DNA of 32,000 nt, from positions 1-32,000 of the forward strand of contig NZ_JAGGPN010000042.1 in assembly GCF_018613795.1 (NCBI RefSeq), given 5' to 3'. This stretch comes from Arthrobacter sp. ISL-65. GTDB lineage: Bacteria > Actinomycetota > Actinomycetes > Actinomycetales > Micrococcaceae. Position numbers and translations under genes: made by a program. Below are positions 1 to 9,254 of the stretch, piece after piece (position 1 is the first letter of the stretch; every line of letters begins with the position of its first letter). The notes under the pieces were generated by a model, which did no database searches, was not told the DNA's origin, and saw only the letters and a list, made by a program, of their open reading frames with translations.

Positions 1-45
1 ATAGAAGGATCCGTTCGCGCTTGGTCCGGGGCTAGGGGCGCCGGC

Positions 46-864
46 TCAGGAAGCCGGCTGCTTCTCCCCGGCTTCGATCCGCGCGTCCAGGCTGTTGTTC
101 CGCACCGGCATGGGGCACGTGCCGTAGGGCGTGAAGGCACTGGGGTAGTTGATGGCGCGGTTGAAGTCCAGGACCACGGAGCCGTCCGGGCGCGGGCGCG
201 CGGTGGACACCTTGCGCCATTCGTCAGTCGTGTCGCCATTCGTCTCGTCATGGAACGTGACTGTCAGGGCGCCGAGCTTCTCCTCCTCGGCATGGAGCCG
301 GTACTCGTGGTCCTTGCCGGGCAGCCGGAACACCAGTTCGCCAACGCTGCGGTGCACCCCGTCCACCAGCGGATTGGCCGTGGAAATGGGCACGTCCACA
401 GGTTCCGGGTAGGCCTCGAATTTGGCCTCCACCGCAAGGTCGGGCCGGTAATCGAAGGTGGGCACGCCGTCGAACTCGGTGAACACCGGCGACGCGGAAT
501 CCCGGGTGCGGACCGCATACCTGTCTGCGCGCATCGCCAGTTCCACCACAACCTGCCGGCCGTCCGCGCCCCCGAACTGCACCCACATGAGTGACTCCTC
601 ATTGGCGAGCCGCGCAGTGATCGTCCCCGCCACCGGCTCCCCGGTCTCCACGAGCGTCAGCCCGGCGGACGCCGCGGCGGTGAGCGTCGCCGTCGTGCCG
701 TCCGCTGACCACAGTCCGGGGACGAGGTCGATGGCGGCCGGCTGGCTTTCCAGCCACTGGAAGGAGGTGAGTGTGAGCCAGCCATGCTCGGCCGCGAGTG
801 CGGTGTTGCGGCCTTTGCGGAAGCGGAGCCAGCGCTCCAGCTGGGCGTCTGCTGCAGTGCTCAT
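46..864 (-). CDS. DUF1684 domain-containing protein (272 aa)
   Basis: ORF 46..1257 trimmed to the internal ATG at 864 (MSTAADAQLERWL...), which follows GGAGG (gttGGAGGacacATG). The C-terminus ...YPSAFTPYGTCPMPVRNNSLDARIEAGEK fits my recollection of the DUF1684 C-terminal pattern. The 131 upstream codons are an Arg/Pro/Gly-rich GC artefact. Confidence 0.75.
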   Translation of the reverse strand: MSTAADAQLERWLRFRKGRNTALAAEHGWLTLTSFQWLESQPAAIDLVPGLWSADGTTATLTAAASAGLTLVETGEPVAGTITARLANEESLMWVQFGGADGRQVVVELAMRADRYAVRTRDSASPVFTEFDGVPTFDYRPDLAVEAKFEAYPEPVDVPISTANPLVDGVHRSVGELVFRLPGKDHEYRLHAEEEKLGALTVTFHDETNGDTTDEWRKVSTARPRPDGSVVLDFNRAINYPSAFTPYGTCPMPVRNNSLDARIEAGEKQPAS

Positions 865-1044
865 GTGTCCTCCAACGGTGTATGCCAACCCGGCCAGCTT
901 AGGGGTCAACCCTGGGCGGCGGGGCTTCATTCCGGCGGCGTGCCCGGCGGTGCGACGGGGCCTGGGACGCGGGGCTCCCCGTCCACGCTCCCCGGCTGGG
1001 AACTGCGCTCCCCGGCCGGCGGGCGGCAGGCGTAGCCTTAGCGT

Positions 1045-1377
1045 ATGGCCTTGGACGCTGTTCTGACGGTGCTGGTTTGTGTTGCCATCGTGTGGGCGCT
1101 GACCCTCGCGGGGATGGCTGTGCAGAAGCGGGGCGTCGATCCGAAAGGTGCCGCGGGAACGCTGGGCAGCGCCCTGGCAGGGTTCGATCCGGCCACCGGC
1201 ACCCCGACGCATTCGGAGGCCCTGGCGGCGCGGGAGGAACAGAAACGAAAGCGGCATGAAGCGCCCAGCGCGGGTCCCGGACCGGAGGCGAACGGTCCGT
1301 ATTCGGGCCGGATCCAGTTGCCCGCGGCCCCTTTACAGCCACCGGCCGCTCCGGTTCAAGGGCCCGACAACATCTGA
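1045..1377 (+). CDS. small hypothetical membrane protein (110 aa): one N-terminal TM helix, then a charged/Pro-rich tail
   Basis: The ATG ORF has GC-rich third positions. The hydrophobic N-terminus is MALDAVLTVLVCVAIVWALTLAGMAV, followed by a KR/E-rich segment. No convincing SD and no recognisable motif. Confidence 0.4.
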   Translation: MALDAVLTVLVCVAIVWALTLAGMAVQKRGVDPKGAAGTLGSALAGFDPATGTPTHSEALAAREEQKRKRHEAPSAGPGPEANGPYSGRIQLPAAPLQPPAAPVQGPDNI

Positions 1378-1492
1378 GACATATTCCCGGGCTCCGGCCG
1401 GCTGCGGGTAACATCCCATAGGAACAGTAACCGGGCTCACAGTATCCAGCGCAGTGTACGAGCCAAAGTCGAACACTCGAAAGATAGTTTCC

Positions 1493-4303
1493 ATGGCTGA
1501 CACTGCAATGAATTCAGAAACAGATCTCGCCGCCGAACTCCGTGCGGACGTACGCCGCGTCTCCACCCTGCTGGGCGAATCCCTGGTCCGCCAGCACGGC
1601 CCTGAACTCCTCGACCTGGTGGAGCAGGTGCGACTGCTCACCAAGGAATCCAAGGAAGCCGCCAGGGGCGGCGCGGAGGCCACCGGCCCGTGGAGCGCGC
1701 ACGACGTCGTTGCCCAGGTCCGCGAGCTGCTCGCCTCCCTGCCGCTCGAGCAGGCGACCGACCTGGTCCGCGCCTTCGCCTTCTACTTCCACCTCGCCAA
1801 CGCCGCCGAACAGGTCCACCGGGTCCGCGGGCTTCGCACCCGGCAGGAGAAGGACGGCTGGCTGGCCAAGGCCGTCGAGGACATCGCGGGGCAGGCCGGC
1901 CCGGCGGTGCTGCAGGAAGTCGTCAACGAGCTCGATGTGCGCCCGATCTTCACCGCGCACCCCACCGAGGCCTCCCGCCGCTCCGTGCTGGACAAGATCC
2001 GCAAGCTCTCGGACGTGCTGGCCCAGCCCACCGAGGAGGGCACCAGCGCCCGGCGCCGGCAGGACCGCCAGCTGTCCGAAATGATCGACCAGATGTGGCA
2101 GACGGACGAACTGCGCCAGGTGCGGCCCACCCCCGTGGACGAGGCCCGCAACGCCATCTACTACCTCGACAGCATCCTGACGGACGCGCTGCCGGAGATG
2201 CTGACGGATTTCTCGGAACTCCTCGGCGAACACGGCGTCACCCTGCCCGCCCAGAACGCCCCGATCCGGTTCGGCTCCTGGATCGGCGGTGACCGTGACG
2301 GCAACCCCAACGTCACCGCCGCCGTCACGCACGAGATTTTGCAGCTGCAGAACCAGCATGCGGTCCGGATCAGCATTGCCATGATCGACGAACTCATCTC
2401 TGTCCTGTCCAACTCCACTGCGCTCGCCGGCGCAGACCAGGCGCTCCTCGATTCGATCGACGCTGACCTCGCGAAGCTTCCCGGCCTGGACCGCCGCATC
2501 CTGGAACTCAACGCCCAGGAGCCCTACCGGCTGAAGCTGACCTGCATCAAGGCCAAGCTCATCAACACAGGCAAGCGGGTGGCCTCGGGGTCCAGGCACC
2601 AGCCGGGGCGCGACTACACCTCCACCGAGGAGCTCATCGGCGAACTCGAGCTGCTTGAACTGTCCCTGCGCAACCATTCGGCGTCCCTCGCCGCGGACGG
2701 CGCGCTGGCACGTGTCCGCCGGGCCATCGCCTCCTTCGGCCTCCACCTGGCCACGCTCGACATCCGCGAGCACGCCGACTACCACCATGACGCCGTCGGG
2801 CAGCTCATGGACCGCCTCGGCGGTCCCGGCATCCGCTATGCAGAACTGACCCGGGGCGAGCGCCTCGAGGTCCTGAGCGCCGAACTGGCCTCCCGCCGTC
2901 CGCTCTCCGGCCACCCGATCAAGCTCGACGGCGCCGCTGACGGCACGTACGACGTCTTCCGTGAGATCCGCCGCGCCCTGCGCACGTACGGCCCGGACGT
3001 CATCGAGACCTACATCATCTCCATGACCCGAGGCGCTGACGACGTCCTGGCCGCTGCCGTCCTGGCGCGCGAGGCCGGCCTGGTCAGCATCTTCGGCGAC
3101 GCCCCGTACGCCAAGATCGGCTTCGCGCCGCTGCTGGAAACCGTCGAGGAACTGCGTGCCTCGGCGGAGATCGTTGACCAGCTGCTGTCCGACCCGTCCT
3201 ACCGCGAGCTGGTCCGGCTGCGCGGGGACGTCCAGGAGGTCATGCTCGGCTACTCGGACTCCAACAAGGAATCCGGCGTGATGACCAGCCAGTGGGAAAT
3301 CCACAAGACCCAGAGGAAGCTGCGCGACATCGCCTCCAAGCACGGCGTCCGCGTGCGCCTGTTCCACGGCCGCGGTGGTTCCGTGGGCCGCGGCGGCGGA
3401 CCTACTTACGACGCCATCATGGCGCAGCCGAATGGTGTCCTCGAGGGCGAAATCAAGTTCACCGAACAGGGCGAGGTCATCTCGGACAAGTACTCCCTGC
3501 CGGAACTTGCGCGGGAAAACCTGGAGCTGTCCCTCGCTGCCGTGCTGCAGGGGTCTGCGCTGCACCGCACGCCGCGCACCTCGGACGACCAGCGGGAGCG
3601 GTTCGGACATGTCATGGAAACCATCTCCGACGCCGCGTTCGCCCGCTACCGCAGCCTCATCGACCACCCGGACCTGCCGGCGTACTTCCTGGCCTCGACG
3701 CCGGTGGAGCAGCTCGGTTCACTGAACATAGGTTCCCGCCCGTCCAAGCGACCGGATTCCGGTGCCGGGCTGGGCGGCCTGCGTGCCATCCCGTGGGTAT
3801 TCGGCTGGACCCAGTCCCGGCAGATCGTGCCGGGCTGGTTCGGCGTCGGCTCCGGGCTGAAGGCCGCACGGGAAGCCGGGAACTCCGCCCAGCTCGTGGA
3901 GATGATGCACGGCTGGCACTTCTTCCGCTCGGTGCTGTCCAACGTGGAGATGACCCTCGCGAAGACGGACCTGGAGATCGCCGGATACTACGTGGACACC
4001 CTGGTCCCGGCGGAACTGCACCACCTCTTCCGCGCCATCCGCGACGAATACGAGCTCACCGTCGCAGAGATCCAGAACCTCACTGGCGAGAACCTGCTCC
4101 TGGATGCCCAGCCCACGCTCAAGCGGTCCCTGGAAATCCGTGACCAGTACCTCGACCCGATCAGCTACCTCCAGGTGGAACTGCTCCGCCGCGTGCGGGC
4201 AGAAGGTGCCAGCATTACCGCGGGCGAGATCGACGAGCGCCTGCAGCGGGCCATGCTCATCACCGTCAACGGCGTGGCAGCAGGCCTCCGCAACACCGGG
4301 TAG
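1493..4303 (+). CDS. ppc: phosphoenolpyruvate carboxylase
   Basis: Hallmark PEPC motifs are present: [39 protein letters not shown] and the C-terminal [11 protein letters not shown]. Start taken at the ATG at 1493 ([11 protein letters not shown]...). The GTG at 1454 and the ATG at 1508 are alternatives. No strong SD precedes any of them. Confidence 0.95.
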   Translation: MADTAMNSETDLAAELRADVRRVSTLLGESLVRQHGPELLDLVEQVRLLTKESKEAARGGAEATGPWSAHDVVAQVRELLASLPLEQATDLVRAFAFYFHLANAAEQVHRVRGLRTRQEKDGWLAKAVEDIAGQAGPAVLQEVVNELDVRPIFTAHPTEASRRSVLDKIRKLSDVLAQPTEEGTSARRRQDRQLSEMIDQMWQTDELRQVRPTPVDEARNAIYYLDSILTDALPEMLTDFSELLGEHGVTLPAQNAPIRFGSWIGGDRDGNPNVTAAVTHEILQLQNQHAVRISIAMIDELISVLSNSTALAGADQALLDSIDADLAKLPGLDRRILELNAQEPYRLKLTCIKAKLINTGKRVASGSRHQPGRDYTSTEELIGELELLELSLRNHSASLAADGALARVRRAIASFGLHLATLDIREHADYHHDAVGQLMDRLGGPGIRYAELTRGERLEVLSAELASRRPLSGHPIKLDGAADGTYDVFREIRRALRTYGPDVIETYIISMTRGADDVLAAAVLAREAGLVSIFGDAPYAKIGFAPLLETVEELRASAEIVDQLLSDPSYRELVRLRGDVQEVMLGYSDSNKESGVMTSQWEIHKTQRKLRDIASKHGVRVRLFHGRGGSVGRGGGPTYDAIMAQPNGVLEGEIKFTEQGEVISDKYSLPELARENLELSLAAVLQGSALHRTPRTSDDQRERFGHVMETISDAAFARYRSLIDHPDLPAYFLASTPVEQLGSLNIGSRPSKRPDSGAGLGGLRAIPWVFGWTQSRQIVPGWFGVGSGLKAAREAGNSAQLVEMMHGWHFFRSVLSNVEMTLAKTDLEIAGYYVDTLVPAELHHLFRAIRDEYELTVAEIQNLTGENLLLDAQPTLKRSLEIRDQYLDPISYLQVELLRRVRAEGASITAGEIDERLQRAMLITVNGVAAGLRNTG

Positions 4304-4313
4304 CCCGCACTGC

Positions 4314-4473
4314 CCGGACGCTTCCTCACCTTTCGTCGGTTCTTTCCGGACGCTTCCTCACCCGCTGCGGGAGGGTTTGGCTTGAGGCGGCAGGATCTGC
4401 GGGAGGGTTTGGCTTGAAGCGACGGGATGTGAGGGAGCGTCGGTGGAATTGCTGCGAAAAGTGAGGAAGCGTC
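4314..4473. repeat. structured intergenic repeat cluster with 32-bp periodicity (direct and inverted repeats) between convergent ppc and the ABC ATPase gene
   Basis: CCGGACGCTTCCTCACC occurs at 4314-4330 and 4346-4362. CTGCGGGAGGGTTTGGCTTGA occurs at 4365-4385 and 4397-4417. Inverted copies are GTGAGGGAGCGTC at 4429-4441 and GTGAGGAAGCGTC at 4461-4473. Each repeat pair (4314/4346, 4365/4397, 4429/4461) starts 32 bp apart. Confidence 0.8.
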
Positions 4474-5254
4474 AGTTGCCGTAGTGCACCACAATGGTCC
4501 GGCGGAGCGTGCCGCCGGGGGAACCGGGGGAACCGGCGGTATCAGCGTCGGGGGAGCTGTCGGAGTACGGGACCGTGCTCACGCGCACGCCGTAGAGGGC
4601 AGAGAGTTCGGCGTCGGTCAGGAGTTCCGCAGCGTGGCCGGTCCGCACACCCGAGTGGCCCAGCAGGACCACCCGGTCGGCCAGGTGCAGGGCATGATCG
4701 GGATGGTGGGTGCTCAGGAGCAGGGCCATGCCGTCGGCCATCAGTTCGCGCAGCAGCGTCAGGACGCGCGCCTGGTTCTTGAGGTCCAGGCCGGTGGCGG
4801 GCTCATCCAGCACCAGGATGGGTGAGCCGGCGGCGATGGCCCTGGCGATAAGAATTAGCTGCTGCTCGCCGCCGCTGAGGGTGGGGAAACGCCGGTCCCG
4901 CAGCCCGGCCGCGCCCACCCGCTCCATCGCCTCCAGCGCTGCGTCGTGGTCGGATGGCCCGGGTGTCCGGAACACGCCAACGTGCCGTGCCCGCCCCATG
5001 AGGACCATGTCGAGCGCCCGGTAGGCAAAGGCACTGCCGTGGGCCTGCGGGACGTAGCCGGCGCTCTCACTGCGCCGGACCGTTCCCTCCTGCGGCTCCA
5101 GCAACCCGGCGGCACAGCGCACCAGCGTGGTCTTGCCGCTGCCGTTGGGACCCAACACGGCGGTGGCGGTCCCCGGCGGCACCCGGAAGGTGACGCCCCG
5201 GAACACCCAGTCCCGGGACGAGTAGCCGAAGCCCACGCTGTCGAGCTCAAGCAC
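4472..5254 (-). CDS. ABC transporter ATP-binding protein (FepC/FecE/BtuD-like, iron-chelate type)
   Basis: Walker A GPNGSGKTT, signature LSGGEQQ, Walker B ILVLDEP. The start overlaps the end of the upstream permease gene by 8 nt. Confidence 0.9.
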   Translation of the reverse strand: MLELDSVGFGYSSRDWVFRGVTFRVPPGTATAVLGPNGSGKTTLVRCAAGLLEPQEGTVRRSESAGYVPQAHGSAFAYRALDMVLMGRARHVGVFRTPGPSDHDAALEAMERVGAAGLRDRRFPTLSGGEQQLILIARAIAAGSPILVLDEPATGLDLKNQARVLTLLRELMADGMALLLSTHHPDHALHLADRVVLLGHSGVRTGHAAELLTDAELSALYGVRVSTVPYSDSSPDADTAGSPGSPGGTLRRTIVVHYGN

Positions 5255-6449
5255 TGTCCCAGACCTTCTCCCGGTTCCGGCGCAGGAGCAGGAAGAACAC
5301 GGGCGCGCCGATCAGGGCGGTGAGGACGCCGAGCGGGATCTCCCCGGCGGTGGCGGTGCGGGCAATGGTGTCCACTAAGACGATGTAGGCGCCGCCGAGC
5401 AGGAAGGAGACGGGCAGGAGGACACGGTGGTCCGGCCCCACCCACATCCGGGCAAGGTGCGGGATCACCAGGCCCACCCAGCTGACGGCGCCGCTGACCG
5501 CCACCGCGCCGGCCACGATCAGGGCCACCGCCACGAGCACCACCCAGCGGAGCGGGCGCGGGCGCACACCCAGGGCGGCCGCGTCCTCGTCGCCGAGCGA
5601 CAGTACGTTGATCCGCCAGCGCAGGGCCACGAGGACGGCGGCCCCGCCAAGGACAGGGATCAGGGCCACCGCTACTTTGGCGAAGGTTGCCGTGGATACG
5701 CTGCCCAGCAGCCAGAAGACGATGGCGGGCAGCGTGGTGTTCGGGTCCGCAACGTAGGTCACCAGGGCCACCAGGGCGGAGAAAAATGATCCCGTGACAA
5801 CGCCGCCGAGCACGATCATGAGCATCGGCGTCCCCGCGCGGCCCGAGGTGATCAGGAACAGGGTCCCGAGTGCCAGCAGCCCGCACACGAAGGAGCCGCC
5901 CACCAGGAGGAGCGGACCCAGTCCGAGCAGCAGCGTCAGGGCTCCGCCGAAGGATGCGCCGGCGGACACACCGATGATCTCGGGGCTTACCAGGGGATTG
6001 CGGAAAATGGCCTGCAGCGCTGCGCCGCCTATCGCCAGGCCGCCACCCACCAGCAAAGCGAGCAGGACCCGGGGCAGCCGGACCAGCAGGACCACGTTCT
6101 GTTCGGTGCCGCTGGCTTCAACCGGGGCCGGCACGAGCTGTGCGGTCAGGATCTGGACCACGTGGTCCAGCGGCACGCTGTACCGCCCCACTGCCAGCGC
6201 CAGCACCGCCACCGCGGCAAGGAAGCAGGCAGTGAGGGCGATGGGAAGGACGACGGCGGGTTCCCGCCGTCGTTCCGCCGCACCGCGTTCCGCTGCGCCC
6301 CCCGCGGTGGAAGCCGGGCCCGCCCGCGGCAATGCCGGCTGTGCCGGCTGCGCCGGCCGCAGCGGGGGCCTAACCGCACCCAGCTTCTCCGGACCCAAGT
6401 TGCCGGGCCACCGCTTTCGCAAGCGCGGGGAACCTGCCTCATCAAGCAT
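5247..6449 (-). CDS. FecCD-family ABC transporter permease
   Basis: Multi-TM protein carrying the FecCD-type segment GGAALQAIFRNPLVSPEIIGVSAGASFGG. Start placed at the ATG at 6449, which overlaps the binding-protein stop (6442) by 8 nt. This leaves a roughly 60-aa P/A/R-rich N-terminal extension, so the start is uncertain. Confidence 0.8.
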   Translation of the reverse strand: MLDEAGSPRLRKRWPGNLGPEKLGAVRPPLRPAQPAQPALPRAGPASTAGGAAERGAAERRREPAVVLPIALTACFLAAVAVLALAVGRYSVPLDHVVQILTAQLVPAPVEASGTEQNVVLLVRLPRVLLALLVGGGLAIGGAALQAIFRNPLVSPEIIGVSAGASFGGALTLLLGLGPLLLVGGSFVCGLLALGTLFLITSGRAGTPMLMIVLGGVVTGSFFSALVALVTYVADPNTTLPAIVFWLLGSVSTATFAKVAVALIPVLGGAAVLVALRWRINVLSLGDEDAAALGVRPRPLRWVVLVAVALIVAGAVAVSGAVSWVGLVIPHLARMWVGPDHRVLLPVSFLLGGAYIVLVDTIARTATAGEIPLGVLTALIGAPVFFLLLRRNREKVWDSA

Positions 6450-7575
6450 TGAACTGCCGGTAGTTGGCGGACTGCCCGTTCTCCGCGGTCCAGAGAATCT
6501 TGTCCAGTTCACTGTCGGTGAGTTCGTGGTTGTACAGGGACCTGAAGTATTCGGAAGCCTTGCTCCGCACCGCCGACTTCTCCTGCGGGAAGGCGATGTC
6601 GCCCAGCCAGTGCCACATCAGCGGCGACTCCTGCCCGGGCGGATCCCAGCGGTAGCCGCCCAACGGGACTTTGTATACGCGCTTCGCTCGGACCGCAGCC
6701 ACGTTTTGCCACACCGGTTCCGAGTAGATGTCCTGCGGCATGGCGGCGTCGAAGTTGCCCAGCAGGATGACCTCGGGGTCCCAGCGCAGGACCTGCTCGA
6801 TGTCCACGCCCACCATGCCGGAACCGGACAGCGGGTCCTTGCCTGTTGGCGGGTTGGAGCCGCCCACGAGCTTGATATAGAAGTCGTTGTAGCTGTTGGC
6901 GCCGGCGACCTTGAGCCCGCCGGTGAAGCGGTTGAAGTACAGGATGCTCGGGCCCTTGGACGCGCGCCCGGCCGCCAGGGACTTGACCTCGGCAAGTTCC
7001 CGGTCGCTGCGGGTTTTGAGCTCTGTGGCACGTTCGGGCTTGCCGAGCATGGCGGCGAACATGGCGGCCCAGGCGTCCACATCCTCCTGCGTGCCGGAGT
7101 TTTTCAGCCCCAGAACCTTAAGTCCGGCCTTCTCCAGGGGCTCGATGAGCTGCGCGTCCGACCATTGGACCACCACGTCCGGGTTGAGGGCCCGGATGCT
7201 TTCAACGTTGGCGGTGAAGTCCTGGGTGGCGATGTCGTGCGGGAGGTCCAGGGCGGCGGGAAACATGGAACCCATGATTCCGTCGCGCATGGCCACCCAG
7301 GAGGCGTTGTGCACGGCCGCGAGATGGTCGGCACTGCGGTCGACGGCGACCAGCAGGGACGCCGACGGCATCGGGATGGTCACCACCCGGGCCACCGGCC
7401 GGTCAAAGGACAGCGTCCGGCCGCGCTGGTCCGTGAAGCTGATGCTTTTGGTGCTGCCCGCGGGGGACGACGGCGGGGCAGCGCCGGATGTTCCGCATCC
7501 GGCGAGCAAGGCGGCGGAGCCGCCCGCAATAAACACCTGTAGGGCGGCGCGGCGGTTTAGGTCTGCAGCTGTCAT
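6442..7575 (-). CDS. ABC transporter substrate-binding lipoprotein (type 8 periplasmic binding protein; siderophore/haem/cobalamin class)
   Basis: The N-terminus MTAADLNRRAALQVFIAGGSAALLAGCG combines a twin-arginine motif with the lipobox LAGC. It is the first gene of a binding protein-permease-ATPase operon. Confidence 0.85.
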   Translation of the reverse strand: MTAADLNRRAALQVFIAGGSAALLAGCGTSGAAPPSSPAGSTKSISFTDQRGRTLSFDRPVARVVTIPMPSASLLVAVDRSADHLAAVHNASWVAMRDGIMGSMFPAALDLPHDIATQDFTANVESIRALNPDVVVQWSDAQLIEPLEKAGLKVLGLKNSGTQEDVDAWAAMFAAMLGKPERATELKTRSDRELAEVKSLAAGRASKGPSILYFNRFTGGLKVAGANSYNDFYIKLVGGSNPPTGKDPLSGSGMVGVDIEQVLRWDPEVILLGNFDAAMPQDIYSEPVWQNVAAVRAKRVYKVPLGGYRWDPPGQESPLMWHWLGDIAFPQEKSAVRSKASEYFRSLYNHELTDSELDKILWTAENGQSANYRQFNA

Positions 7576-7758
7576 CGTTGACTCCCTACGCGTGGGTCTT
7601 CACAGCATCCGCTTCAAGGGCAGGGCTGTCAACGCTTTATCCTGCGTTCGGCGAAGGGCCGGTCTCGCTGCCCGGACCTGCCGGCCCGCGGCCGGTCCCT
7701 TGTCGGCGCCAAGGCCCAGTGCTACCTTCAGAAGACGCTCGCAGAAGGTGGCCACAAG

Positions 7759-8532
7759 ATGGTTATCGATGGTGCCCAGTTGTTCGTCCGCTATGCCTAT
7801 CCGCCCAATTCACGGGGCAGCTGCGGCCCGCCGGACAGCGACGCCCTGCTGCACTACGGGCAGTCCGGCGTCACGGACCAGGGGCTCCGCGAACTGGCCA
7901 AGGGATTTGCCGGAGCCTGGCCCTACCTCGAACTGATCGCCGGATCTCACGGCATCGCGGACCCGCTGGACGCCCGCGTGGTGGAGGCCTACTGGGTGGG
8001 CAACAGCCTCCTGGATACCGTCGGCATCACCAACCTCGGCAATTCCATGGAGGACAGGTTCCGGGCCCGCACCGGACGGCAGTTCCCGCATCTGGTGGAA
8101 GGCGTCCTGGCGGGCGGGGTCCCGCACCACAGTTTCCACGTGTTCGAAATCTACCCGTGGCTGGGCCTGCTCCGCGACGAACGCCGGCACGCCACCGCGC
8201 TGAACGTGCTGGACAGGTGCCGGATCCGCTGGGGGCAGGTGCTCGCGATCTCCGGGGACGACGCCGTCGTGCGGTCGCGGCCGCTGGTATGGGACGGCAC
8301 AGCCCTGGACGTTGGCGAGCCCGTGGTGGAATCGGCCAAGTTTGCCGTGAACGGAACCGGTTTCGTGGCCGGGCTGGCCGTAGGCGACGTCGTCTCACTG
8401 CACTGGGACTGGGTGTGTGACCGCCTCTCCACCCACCAGCTGCAGCAGCTCAAGCACTTTACGGCGCGGCACCTCCGGATTGCCAACAGCGGCGTCGAGC
8501 ACCGCGGCGCAGCCATAGCGCTCGAACACTAG
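7759..8532 (+). CDS. conserved hypothetical protein associated with [NiFe]-hydrogenase loci (I recall this family labelled DUF6390)
   Basis: The ATG follows GAAGGTGG. 257 aa with ordinary composition (…LFVRYAYPPNSRGSCGPPDS…HHSFHVFEIYPW…). The family assignment is from memory and was not searched. Confidence 0.65.
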   Translation: MVIDGAQLFVRYAYPPNSRGSCGPPDSDALLHYGQSGVTDQGLRELAKGFAGAWPYLELIAGSHGIADPLDARVVEAYWVGNSLLDTVGITNLGNSMEDRFRARTGRQFPHLVEGVLAGGVPHHSFHVFEIYPWLGLLRDERRHATALNVLDRCRIRWGQVLAISGDDAVVRSRPLVWDGTALDVGEPVVESAKFAVNGTGFVAGLAVGDVVSLHWDWVCDRLSTHQLQQLKHFTARHLRIANSGVEHRGAAIALEH

Positions 8533-8584
8533 CGCCGAGCAGTAGCGCCCGGCCACCAACCCTGCGGGCAGCCTCGGCGGCCGG

Positions 8585-8959
8585 TTACGGTGACTGCGGC
8601 GCGGCGCCGTCGGGATGCTCGGGGGTCTTGACGGCCGTCGCATCGCGGGCGGACGACTCGCCGGTTGGCCGGCCGGCAGGCGAATCATCGGTTCCCGTGT
8701 GCTCGCGTCCCGGTTCGGTGCCCTCCTCCTTGATGACGTCCTCGCCCCTGCGGGTGGTGCTGACGCCGACGCCGGCCGGAGCGGGTGCCGCGTCTTCAGG
8801 GGTTTCGTCCGCTCCGGGCTGGGCTGGTTCCTTCAGCGGCGGTTCGCTGCCGAAAGCCCGCGCTGTCCCTGGTGCGGTGCCCGATGCCGTGCCCTTTTCG
8901 GTTTCCTGGGCGGCGCCCGTTTCCTCGCCGGCGGGATCAGGCTGGTTCGTGGGTGACAT
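8585..8959 (-). CDS. acidic, intrinsically disordered hypothetical protein (124 aa), last gene of the hydrogenase operon
   Basis: The ATG at 8959 follows a strong SD (AAGGAGAgcagcATG) and lies 23 nt inside the hypC 3' end. The product is P/E/T/G/A-rich with no motif. Confidence 0.45.
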   Translation of the reverse strand: MSPTNQPDPAGEETGAAQETEKGTASGTAPGTARAFGSEPPLKEPAQPGADETPEDAAPAPAGVGVSTTRRGEDVIKEEGTEPGREHTGTDDSPAGRPTGESSARDATAVKTPEHPDGAAPQSP

Positions 8960-9242
8960 GCTGCTCTCCTTGTGGTGGTTGTGCCGGCTGGGATCCGGGT
9001 CCGGTGTCCGCCGGGCGGCCCATCAGCTCCAGTCCTTCCATGGCTTGTTCCGCGCCCGCGGCGTCCACGCGTTCCAGCGCGAAGCCCATGTGGATCAGGA
9101 CCCACGTGCCGGGTTCCAGGGGCCCCTCATCCAGCAGCCCAATGTTGATCTTCCGCTGCACTCCAGCCACATCGACGAGTGCGAGCTGGCCGCCGTACCC
9201 CTCGAGGAGTTCAACGACCCTGCCGGGTATTCCGAGGCACAT
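8937..9242 (-). CDS. hypC: hydrogenase assembly chaperone HypC/HybG/HupF
   Basis: N-terminal MCLGIPGRVV signature with the essential Cys2. SD is AAGGCGG. It lies 12 nt downstream of the protease gene. Confidence 0.9.
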   Translation of the reverse strand: MCLGIPGRVVELLEGYGGQLALVDVAGVQRKINIGLLDEGPLEPGTWVLIHMGFALERVDAAGAEQAMEGLELMGRPADTGPGSQPAQPPQGEQHVTHEPA

Positions 9243-9254
9243 GTACAGACCGCC

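Noticed and set aside
10-21. The 12-mer TCCGTTCGCGCT, with similar flanks (..GTCC.., GCTAGGG), occurs at 10-21 and again at 18229-18240, suggesting a dispersed repeat.
   Set aside because: A single shared 12-mer is expected by chance many times in 32 kb of GC-biased sequence, and the flanking similarity is short and gapped. Only the local inverted repeat at 18176-18240 is reported.
986-1016. Direct repeat CGCTCCCCGGC at 986-996 and 1006-1016, in the DUF1684 / small-gene divergent region.
   Set aside because: It is short, GC-only and has no associated regulator. It cannot be told apart from chance in this composition.
865-1257. N-terminal extensions offered by the ORF track: 46..1257, 13926..15905, 9922..11451, 17770..18147, 19196..19924, 21564..22358 and 9255..10022.
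   Set aside because: The extensions overlap upstream genes or repeats and have artefact-like composition. Internal starts have SD sequences or stop/start overlaps and give canonical family N-termini.
4314-4473. The 32-bp periodic repeats could be read as a miniature CRISPR array.
   Set aside because: Each repeat type has only two copies, the supposed spacers are themselves repeats, no cas genes are nearby, and the arms are mutually inverted rather than uniformly direct.
7576-7758. Possible cobalamin riboswitch in the 183-nt leader of the ABC binding-protein gene. On the minus strand it reads ...GCACTGGGCC...AAGGGACCGGC...GGCAGCGAGACCGGCC, which loosely resembles the CCACTG / GGGAAGGC / B12-box elements.
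   Set aside because: The B12-box match is only partial, about 8 of 11 core positions. The 5' half of the motif (GGTG..AATCC..GCNGCCCGC) is missing from the intergenic region. The nearest look-alike lies inside the conserved N-terminal codons of the divergent gene. A cmsearch with the Rfam cobalamin model would decide it, and I would expect no significant hit. No IdeR/DtxR-type iron box was seen either.
8533-8584. Imperfect hairpins (GCCGAG...CTCGGC, GCCCG...CGGGC) between the convergent gene ends at 8532 and 8585, as a possible bidirectional terminator.
   Set aside because: The stems are short, the loops long, and there is no U-tract. I cannot support it without folding energies or 3'-end data.
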